NCBI GenBank assembly: GCA_043798215.1
Contig: JAZDOX010000075.1
Location: forward strand, 1-55,529
DNA length: 55,529 bases
Direction of reading: 5' to 3'
Origin: Candidatus Omnitrophota bacterium
Lineage (GTDB): Bacteria; Omnitrophota; Gorgyraeia; Pluralincolimonadales; Pluralincolimonadaceae
Positions within the stretch are counted from its first letter, which is position 1. Each line of letters begins with the position of its first letter. Below, one piece after another: positions 8,621-15,743 of this stretch. Position numbers and translations under genes: made by a program. The notes under the pieces are model-generated. The model was not told where the DNA came from, ran no database searches, and worked only from the letters and a program-made list of their open reading frames with translations.

Positions 8621-9847
8621 ATGGCTATGAAAAAGGCTATTCATATGTTTCCTTTAGTTTTTATCTTATTTTGTTTTTCCGGTTGCGCGGAAAAAAGTTC
8701 CGATAAGGAAATCTTGATGTGGCTGGTTGGTTCCGAGAAACAAGCCCAAACGATAATCGAGTTAGGCGGGGAATTCTTTAAAGAGACCGGAGCCAAGGTA
8801 AGATGCGAAGCGATTGCGTGGGGCGAGGCGCATTCAAAATACCTTACTTCCGTAGTGGGAGAAGTAACCCCTGACATAGGGACAATGGGCCTTACATGGG
8901 GGACTGAATTCGGAAACCTCGGCGCGATGGTGGATATTAAGAAAGCTTTCCCTGAAGATTTTGACGAAATCAAAAAGAGCCTATTTCCCGGCTTATCAGC
9001 CTCAATCGAATATAAAAATACCGTTTACGGCATTCCGTTTGATATGAGCGAACATATCCTTTACTACAGGACGGATATGATAAAACAGCCCCCGAAGACA
9101 TGGCAGGAATTAACCGAACTCTTGGGCGAATTGAACAAAGACGGCAAGACGATGATCATAGATTGGGGCAATTTGAGCTGGGTTGGGTATTCACCGTTCT
9201 TGTGGCAGGCAGGCGGAGATTATTATGATAAAGACGGCATAACCGCCGCCTTGAATTCAGAAGAAGCAAGAATCGCCATGGATTTTTTCACCAATCTTTA
9301 CATAAAATATAAGGTTCCCACGGAAACGAAGCCTTTTGAGGGTGGGATGCGCTCAGGCGATTATCCTATGTGCATATCCGGAAATTGGAAGATAACCAGT
9401 CTTTTGGATATAGCGCCGGAGATAACAGGGAAATGGGCCGTTGCTCCATTGCCCGCGGGTCCGACAGGAAAACGCACAGCTTTTGTGGGCGGCAGGGTTA
9501 TGGGCGTATTTAGCCGGTCAAAATTCAAGAAAGAATCCTGGGAATTTATAAAATTTTTATCGCGGCCGGATATTCAAGTAAGGTTATATGAGGAGACGGC
9601 AAGATCTCATGATACCTATCTTCCTCCCAATATGCAGACATGGGATATGTTGCCTATGGATGCGAAATTCAAAGAACCGTTAAGAACTCAAGCGCTTGAC
9701 GCTAAGGGCCCTCCTTCGGTTTTAGGATGGGATCACAGCACAAGATTTATAGATACGGCCGTTCAACTGATTACCCTTAAGGGCAAGGACGCAAAAAGAG
9801 CGCTCGAAGAGGCTAATATGGAATTGAACAAGAGGATTCAAAAGTGA
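8621..9847 (+). CDS. ABC transporter extracellular sugar-binding lipoprotein (CUT1 / family-1 SBP)
   Basis: Lipobox LFCFSGC. The length and composition fit a sugar SBP. It is the first gene of an SBP-permease-permease operon. No ATPase gene lies in the locus. Confidence 0.85.
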   Translation: MAMKKAIHMFPLVFILFCFSGCAEKSSDKEILMWLVGSEKQAQTIIELGGEFFKETGAKVRCEAIAWGEAHSKYLTSVVGEVTPDIGTMGLTWGTEFGNLGAMVDIKKAFPEDFDEIKKSLFPGLSASIEYKNTVYGIPFDMSEHILYYRTDMIKQPPKTWQELTELLGELNKDGKTMIIDWGNLSWVGYSPFLWQAGGDYYDKDGITAALNSEEARIAMDFFTNLYIKYKVPTETKPFEGGMRSGDYPMCISGNWKITSLLDIAPEITGKWAVAPLPAGPTGKRTAFVGGRVMGVFSRSKFKKESWEFIKFLSRPDIQVRLYEETARSHDTYLPPNMQTWDMLPMDAKFKEPLRTQALDAKGPPSVLGWDHSTRFIDTAVQLITLKGKDAKRALEEANMELNKRIQK

Positions 9848-10749
9848 GGTCATTATTATTAAAGGAATTCGATAAACAGAAGTGGGCGTATATTTTTATT
9901 GCTCCCGCCCTGTTAATCTTCTTTACCTTTCTTATCATTCCAGTTTTTGTTTCTTTGTATTGGAGTTTTACCGAATATAATATTTTGCAGCCCCCGCATT
10001 TTGTGGGATTAAAGAATTACGCGACTATTCTTTTTCAAGATGCCCGGTTTTGGAAAGCGCTCTCAAACACGATAATTTATGTGGCAGGGACGGTTCCCAC
10101 GAGCATAGCAATCGCGCTGCTTATCGCCCTCGCCATAGACCAAAATATAAGATTCAAGAATTGGTACAAAACGTTTTTCTTTATACCAAGTATAACCTGT
10201 ATAGTGGCCGTCGCGGTTATCTGGAAATGGCTTTATTCTTCCGGAAAGTACGGTCTGCTTAACCATATGTTATCCGCGATAGGGCTTAGCCCCGTTGAAT
10301 GGCTGGGGCTCAAGTGGTCTCTTCCCTCCATTATTATAATGAGTGTATGGGGGGGATTGGGATATAATATGATATTATTCTTGGCGGGCTTGCAGGGCAT
10401 ACCGCAGGTTTTTTACGAGGCCGCGGAAGTGGATGGAGCCAGCGAGTGGGATAAATTCAAGAATATCACTCTGCCTTTACTTAGGCCCACGATGTTCTTT
10501 GTGATCGTTATGTCCATAATAAGTTCTTTTCAGGTCTTTGAGCAAGTCTACATAATGACCTATAGTTCCGAAGGCGCCGTAGGCGGAACGCTGGATTGTG
10601 CCCTTACTATAGTGGCATATTTGTATGAGACCGGATTTCAGCGATTTTCCATGGGTTATGCCTCCGCTTTGGCGTACCTTATATTTATATTCTTATTTAT
10701 AGTTACCCTAATTAACATTAAATTAGTCGAAAAGAAGGTAGAGTATTAA
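9844..10749 (+). CDS. ABC sugar transporter permease (MalF/UgpA type)
   Basis: Multi-TM protein with EAA-loop region EAAEVDGASEWDKFKNITLPLLRP. The GTG start overlaps the SBP stop (GTGA). Confidence 0.9.
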   Translation: MRSLLLKEFDKQKWAYIFIAPALLIFFTFLIIPVFVSLYWSFTEYNILQPPHFVGLKNYATILFQDARFWKALSNTIIYVAGTVPTSIAIALLIALAIDQNIRFKNWYKTFFFIPSITCIVAVAVIWKWLYSSGKYGLLNHMLSAIGLSPVEWLGLKWSLPSIIIMSVWGGLGYNMILFLAGLQGIPQVFYEAAEVDGASEWDKFKNITLPLLRPTMFFVIVMSIISSFQVFEQVYIMTYSSEGAVGGTLDCALTIVAYLYETGFQRFSMGYASALAYLIFIFLFIVTLINIKLVEKKVEY

Positions 10750-10752
10750 AAT

Positions 10753-11628
10753 ATGGAAATAAGAGAATTAGAGACTCAGGGCGACGTTAAAGCGGGCAGC
10801 GTTAAACGTCGGCAGGCCGCAATAAGGTTGGTAGTATATATATCTTTGACATTGGGCGCAATGGTGATGATTATCCCGTTTGTTTGGATGATAATCACTT
10901 CTTTCAAGCCTCTCGAAGAGATAAGCACGTATCCGCCCAGTTTTTTTATACGCAAACCCACCGTGGCGGCTTATATTGAACTCTTTAAGATGGTTCCGAT
11001 GGCAAGGTATTTCTTTAACAGCCTGGTAGTTACCCTAACGATTACGTTGACCAACCTGTTTTTTTGCTCATTGGCCGGTTACGCTTTCGCGAAGCACAGA
11101 TTTTTTGGCAGAGATAAGATTTTTTTATTTTTAATAGGTTCGATGATGATTCCCTGGCAGATTAATTTAATACCAAGCTTTGTGATTGTTAAAAAATTCG
11201 GATGGTTAAATTCTTACCCCGGGCTTATAGTGCCCGCCATGTCAAGCGCCTTCGGGATATTTTTAATGAGGCAGTTTATTATGGCTATACCCGATGATTT
11301 AATAGATGCCGCCAAGATAGACGGCTGCAGCGAATTTACCATATACCGATTGGTTATACTGCCCCTGATCAAGCCCGCCTTGGCGTCTTTGGCTATTTTT
11401 ACTTTTATGGGTCAATGGAATAATTTTGTCTGGCCGTTGGTTATAGTCTATTCTTCAAAGATGCGCACTGTTCCTTTAGCTCTTTCGGTTTTAAACGGGC
11501 AATTTGGGGATAATTTTGCCATGGTAATGGCGGGAGCCGTTGTGGCGACGTTGCCCGTGCTGATAGTTTTTATAGCATTCCAGAAATATTTTATCAAAGG
11601 AATAACTCTTACCGGCCTCAAAGCTTAA
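10753..11628 (+). CDS. ABC sugar transporter permease (MalG/UgpE type)
   Basis: Multi-TM protein with EAA-loop region DAAKIDGCSEFTIYRLVILPLIKP. It starts 4 nt after the previous permease. Confidence 0.9.
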   Translation: MEIRELETQGDVKAGSVKRRQAAIRLVVYISLTLGAMVMIIPFVWMIITSFKPLEEISTYPPSFFIRKPTVAAYIELFKMVPMARYFFNSLVVTLTITLTNLFFCSLAGYAFAKHRFFGRDKIFLFLIGSMMIPWQINLIPSFVIVKKFGWLNSYPGLIVPAMSSAFGIFLMRQFIMAIPDDLIDAAKIDGCSEFTIYRLVILPLIKPALASLAIFTFMGQWNNFVWPLVIVYSSKMRTVPLALSVLNGQFGDNFAMVMAGAVVATLPVLIVFIAFQKYFIKGITLTGLKA

Positions 11629-11668
11629 TTGATGGAGAGTCCGGAGAGATTTATCTATAGTTTAATTA

Positions 11669-12697
11669 ATGATGATGCGAATCAGCAAGAAGAACGTGAC
11701 CATAAAAGATATCGCAAAATGCGCGGGGGTGGCTCATTCTACGGTTTCTTTGGCTATGAACAGGCGCGCCCACGTATCCCCAAGAATGAGGGAAAAGATA
11801 CTAAGGATTGCCGAGGAGATGGGCTATCAGCCTAATATGATGGCCAGAAGTCTTATTTGCAAAAAATCATCCACCGTCGCTGTTATATATCCCGAAGATT
11901 CGCGTTTTTTCGAGAAGACGTATTTTTTGATGTTGATTGAAGGGATTCAAAACGCATGCAAGAAACATAATCGAGGCCTTATGTTTTTCGGGATTGACTT
12001 GGCAAAGGGCGAGACTTGCCAGAAAATTTCAAAGAAATGGCAGGTTAACCCCATTATAATAATTAATGCCGATTATGCGAAAGGCATCTTTAGCGAAATA
12101 AAGGAATTAAACAGCAATGGAATATATTTTTCGTTGATAACGAAATATTTCGGGAGCGAGATGGTTAATTCTCTCTTCGTCGATAATTTTGAGGGAGTAA
12201 AACTTGCCTTGGAGTATCTTGCGGGGTTGGGGCATAAAAGAGTCGGGTATATAAGCGGCAATCTGGATTCATTCGACGGGTTTGAGCGATTAAACGCGTT
12301 CAAAAAAATCTCCGCGAACTTAGGTTTGGACCAGAGCGAAGAGCTTATCACCTACGGAGACTTTACCTTCGAGAGCGCCGAGAGAGAAATCTCGAAGCTA
12401 TTGAGGTTAAAGAGGCGTCCGACTGCTGTATTCGCGGCAAATGATTATATGGCTCTGGCGGCTATAAGAAAGATAAAGACATCCGGTTTATCCATACCAA
12501 AGGATATAGCGGTTATGGGATTTGATGATACTCTTGAAGCCGCGTATGTGGAGCCCGGCCTCACGACAATTAAACAGCCGCTAAGGGAGATGGGCGAGAA
12601 GGCGGTTGATTTAGCCATACGTAATATGGAGCACCCCGCTTTAAAACCGCAGAGTATGATCTTTAAGCCGGAGCTTATAAAAAGGCAATCTTGCTAA
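11669..12697 (+). CDS. LacI-family transcriptional regulator
   Basis: N-terminal HTH VTIKDIAKCAGVAHSTVSLAMN followed by a periplasmic-binding-fold sensor domain (GYISG..., VMGFDD). Three consecutive ATGs make the exact start uncertain by up to 2 codons. Confidence 0.9.
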   Translation: MMMRISKKNVTIKDIAKCAGVAHSTVSLAMNRRAHVSPRMREKILRIAEEMGYQPNMMARSLICKKSSTVAVIYPEDSRFFEKTYFLMLIEGIQNACKKHNRGLMFFGIDLAKGETCQKISKKWQVNPIIIINADYAKGIFSEIKELNSNGIYFSLITKYFGSEMVNSLFVDNFEGVKLALEYLAGLGHKRVGYISGNLDSFDGFERLNAFKKISANLGLDQSEELITYGDFTFESAEREISKLLRLKRRPTAVFAANDYMALAAIRKIKTSGLSIPKDIAVMGFDDTLEAAYVEPGLTTIKQPLREMGEKAVDLAIRNMEHPALKPQSMIFKPELIKRQSC

Positions 12698-12725
12698 GTA
12701 GGGGCGAACGGCCGTTCGCCCCTAC
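12698..12725 (+). terminator. Perfect 28-nt palindrome directly after the LacI-family gene
   Basis: GTAGGGGCGAACGG / CCGTTCGCCCCTAC begins 1 nt after the stop. G-type repeat sequence, with no T-run. Confidence 0.4.
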
Positions 12726-12735
12726 TCTATAGTGC

Positions 12736-13036
12736 ACTAATACGAACGCATTAAGTAAAGTGTCATTGCCCGGCTTGCAGGCTGGGCCATAACCCTTTTT
12801 TTTGACTAAATAGGTCAACATATTGTAGCTGCCCAATTTATTGGGCCGATATGTTGTGCTCGATAAATCGAGCAACTACATTATGACCCAGTCTCTTGAC
12901 CGGGCAATCCAGACACCAAGTAACATATCTTTATAGCGTGACTGGATTCCCCGCATTCGCGGAGAATGACAGCATGTATTTGATTTCATAGAAACTTATG
13001 AGATTGCCTATAGTCGATTAATGCGTTTGTATTAGT
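12736..13036. repeat. Four-level nested element (L > D > E > B core)
   Basis: L TIR ACTAATACGAACGCATTAA (12736-12754) / TTAATGCGTTTGTATTAGT (13018-13036). D is 12761-12971, E is 12782-12891, and the B hairpins are 12831-12846 and 12858-12873. Confidence 0.85.
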
Positions 13037-13044
13037 TTCTTTAA

Positions 13045-13073
13045 TTGACATATATTTCAGGGTGTAGTATAGT
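13045..13073 (+). promoter_or_regulatory. Sigma70-type promoter of the P1-P4 operon
   Basis: TTGACA (13045-13050), 17-nt spacer, TATAGT (13068-13073), about 30 nt upstream of the P1 start. Confidence 0.6.
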
Positions 13074-13102
13074 AATGTCGTAAATAACGCTAGGATCTTT
13101 AA

Positions 13103-13630
13103 ATGAAAAATAGAATTACTATCATTTTTTTGATCGCGGCGGTATCGCTTTTATTCAAACTATTTTTATGTTGCCCCTGCCTTTTTGCTTCTTCAAATGA
13201 CGCCGGGTTAAGCATAAGCGTTGGCGTTAATTCTGTATTCAGCATTAAAGTTAGTCCCACGTCTCTTGATTTTGGAAGCGCCGACCCGGGCGCTGTCACG
13301 CCCACCAAGACAGTTGTTATCGAGTGTGTTACCAATAATAATAATCAATGGATTGTTCAGATAAGCGATGCCGCTGAGTTGACGGCAGGCGTCTATACCA
13401 TTGCCAACGGTGAATTTAACTGGTGGGGATCCAGCAATGGTTCGGGTTATTGGAATCCGGGGACAGCAAAGATGAGCGTCGAGCCCCAGACTTTTTATAC
13501 TGCCGCTTCGGACGAATATATCACCACCGCACCGGTGGTTTTAACCGTTAATCTCAATGTAGATATCCCTAATTACCAACCAGCCGGCACATATGTTACG
13601 ACCATTGAATTTACTATGTGCGAACAATAA
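13103..13630 (+). CDS. Small secreted beta-sandwich protein P1, putative fibre/pilin-like subunit
   Basis: Signal peptide. The mature N-terminus has strictly alternating hydrophobic residues (GLSISVGVNSVFSIKV). Motifs SLDFGSADPG, QWIVQI, FNWWGSS and the C-terminal QPAGTYVTTIEFTM resemble SCPU/DUF4402/WxL-type surface subunits. It is a paralog of the next gene. Confidence 0.6.
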   Translation: MKNRITIIFLIAAVSLLFKLFLCCPCLFASSNDAGLSISVGVNSVFSIKVSPTSLDFGSADPGAVTPTKTVVIECVTNNNNQWIVQISDAAELTAGVYTIANGEFNWWGSSNGSGYWNPGTAKMSVEPQTFYTAASDEYITTAPVVLTVNLNVDIPNYQPAGTYVTTIEFTMCEQ

Positions 13631-13663
13631 ATCCCATTAGAGATCTTCGGCCTCCAATGGGAT
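13631..13663 (+). terminator. Hairpin between P1 and P2 (partial terminator / attenuator candidate)
   Basis: ATCCCATTAGAG...CCTCCAATGGGAT forms an 8 + 3 bp stem with one mismatch, followed by AAATTTT. Confidence 0.45.
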
Positions 13664-13676
13664 AAATTTTGATGAT

Positions 13677-14201
13677 ATGTTTAAATATAAAAATAAGAGA
13701 TTTAAAGCCGGCGCAGGGAAGAAGAAAGTTTTAATAAGTTGCTTTTGTTTCTGCGTTATTTTTTCGATGGTATCTTTTTTTAGGTCCGCGGAAGCCGCTT
13801 TTGGGATTACGTTGGATGCCTATAGTCTATCTTTTGGCAGTTTTAATCCCGGAGAAATAAAGACCGATGTTCCCGAAGGGTCCATAATAGTGACTTGCGC
13901 TTCTGATCAAGGCAATGCCTGGAATCTTAAGATAAAGACCGAATACCCGCTCGTCAATTCCTTAAATCCGGCATCTACAATTCCCAATGCGAATTTATGG
14001 TGGTACGGGGTAAGTTCGACAGGCGCGGGGACGCTCATAACAGCCAGAGAAGATTTTAGTTCCGAAAAGACAGTTTACTCGGCGCCCGCTGGAGAAGGGA
14101 CAAGCGGCGTAGAGATTAAAGTAAAGTTCGAGATATCTGTGCCCAAAGACGTTCAGTCCGGTCAGTACAGCAGCAATATTATATTCACAATTATCGAATA
14201 A
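13677..14201 (+). CDS. Small secreted beta-sandwich protein P2, paralog of P1
   Basis: Signal peptide. It shares the SL.FGS..PG, C.S....W.L.I (AWNLKI), NLWWYG and VQSGQYSSNIIFTI motifs with P1. Confidence 0.6.
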   Translation: MFKYKNKRFKAGAGKKKVLISCFCFCVIFSMVSFFRSAEAAFGITLDAYSLSFGSFNPGEIKTDVPEGSIIVTCASDQGNAWNLKIKTEYPLVNSLNPASTIPNANLWWYGVSSTGAGTLITAREDFSSEKTVYSAPAGEGTSGVEIKVKFEISVPKDVQSGQYSSNIIFTIIE

Positions 14202-14223
14202 CATTGCTGTTTTAATTAGCATT

Positions 14224-14429
14224 TGTCATTTCCCGATTTACAGACTGGGATACAATGTTGTGCTCGATTTATTGAGTACAACATATCGGCCCAATATCAT
14301 GCTTGAGGTAGACCCGCCTCTTGCGCCAGAGGCGCATCAAGCTGAGGCGGGAATTGGGCAACTACATTATGTTGATCTATTTAGTCAAGAAAAAGGGCTA
14401 TGTCCCAGTCTCCAAGTTGGGCAATGACA
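14224..14429. repeat. Nested D/E/K palindromic block
   Basis: TGTCATTTCCCGA ... GGGCAATGACA arms, a B-core, and an insert GCTTGAGGTAGACCCGCCTCTTGCGCCAGAGGCGCATCAAGCTGAGGCGGGAA. Confidence 0.8.
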
Positions 14430-14513
14430 ATATAAAATTGAATCTCAAAACTAAATTCTCGTCGTGACGTAGAAATTAATTTAGACACAAGCGATTAAAT
14501 AAGGAACATAAAA

Positions 14514-15632
14514 ATGCGCCCATGTTTAAAAAAATCGTTATATTTAACGGCGGCGGTAATTACACTAGTCTTTTTTCTCGGGCGAATGCCGAGAGCCGAG
14601 GCATTTTCAATGAATTTAGATCCTCCCCGGCTTGAGCTTTCAGCGCCACCTGGCGGCAGCAAAAGCGGGGTGATTAAAGTCGGCAATCCCGGGGATGTTT
14701 CTTTGAAGTTAAAGGCATATGTGCAGGATTGGATTTACGATCCGCCTGGAAACAGGGTCTTTAAGCCGGCAGGGACCACACCTTTATCCTGCAGCAACTG
14801 GATTCATCTTTACCCGGAGCAGCTTGAGGTAAAACCTGGAGAGAAGGCCGAGATTATGTATACTTTAAGTGTGCCTGCGGACGCCAAGGGCGGTCGTTAT
14901 GCGGTGATATTTTTTGAAGGAACATTGGGTTCCGGCTCCACGGAAGAGGGGGTTATCGTCAGGCTTGCCGGTAGAATGGGAACAATTGTTTTAGAAGAGA
15001 CAGAAGGCACCGTGATTAAAAAAGGAGAGATCGCTTCTTTAAAAATTAGCCGGCCTGACGAGAATAAGCCTTTGGATATCGAAGTTTCATTTAAGAATGA
15101 AGGCAATGTTTTTCTTGCTCCTTCGGGAGTGGTAAATATAATTGATAAAGAAGGAAATTTTTTCGGGCGGCAGGAATTTCAACTTAAAGGCACTTTGCCG
15201 GGAGATACGATCGAAGGTAAAGTCTCATTGTTAAGCAGTCTGCCTGAGGGAGAATACGATGTTATAGCCACGCTGGACCTCGGAGCGGAGGAAGCGGCGG
15301 TTAAAGAAACCAAGCTGGCAGTTATCAAGAAAGGCGAGATCGAGAGATTCGACGTCGCCGTTTTGCAGGATAAGCCGCCGGTTTTTTCTATTAATTTCAG
15401 CAATGACGGGAATTTAAACATAGAAACAGAAGGCAAGATAGACATTGTAGATGACAACGGTCAAGTGGTTGCTTCCTCGATCGCGGCTAAATCTTTGATT
15501 GCTCCTGACAGCCGAAAGGAGATATCCATAGCTTTGGATAAGAAATTGCCGTCCGGAGAGTATAAAGCCAGAGCTATTTTTAATTTTGACGGCCAAACTG
15601 TTTCTAAGGAAAATCGCTTTTCCATTAAATGA
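14514..15632 (+). CDS. Secreted protein P3 with three Ig-like/beta-sandwich domains, candidate periplasmic chaperone or fibre component
   Basis: Signal peptide ending RAEA. Domain 1 (LELSAPPGGSKSGVIKVGNPGDVSLKLKAYVQDW ... GGRYAVIFFEG) recalls PapD-like/DUF916 N domains. Domains 2 and 3 are an internal duplication: both start VIKKGEI and share F.N.GN, G.i.I.D..G and LP.GEY. Confidence 0.55.
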   Translation: MRPCLKKSLYLTAAVITLVFFLGRMPRAEAFSMNLDPPRLELSAPPGGSKSGVIKVGNPGDVSLKLKAYVQDWIYDPPGNRVFKPAGTTPLSCSNWIHLYPEQLEVKPGEKAEIMYTLSVPADAKGGRYAVIFFEGTLGSGSTEEGVIVRLAGRMGTIVLEETEGTVIKKGEIASLKISRPDENKPLDIEVSFKNEGNVFLAPSGVVNIIDKEGNFFGRQEFQLKGTLPGDTIEGKVSLLSSLPEGEYDVIATLDLGAEEAAVKETKLAVIKKGEIERFDVAVLQDKPPVFSINFSNDGNLNIETEGKIDIVDDNGQVVASSIAAKSLIAPDSRKEISIALDKKLPSGEYKARAIFNFDGQTVSKENRFSIK

Positions 15633-15703
15633 ATGAAAAATACCGAGAGATTTTTTTTGGAAAGAGAACAAAGAGCGGATCGTTGCGAAATGCGCAATTT
15701 CGC

Positions 15704-15743
15704 GTCATTCTGAACGAAGCCCGAAGGGCGAAGTGAAGAATCT
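15704..15743. repeat. H-type short repeat (GTCATTCTGA..GTGAAGAATCT)
   Basis: A second copy lies at 38383-38418. This copy overlaps the putative RBS and GTG start of P4. Confidence 0.7.
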
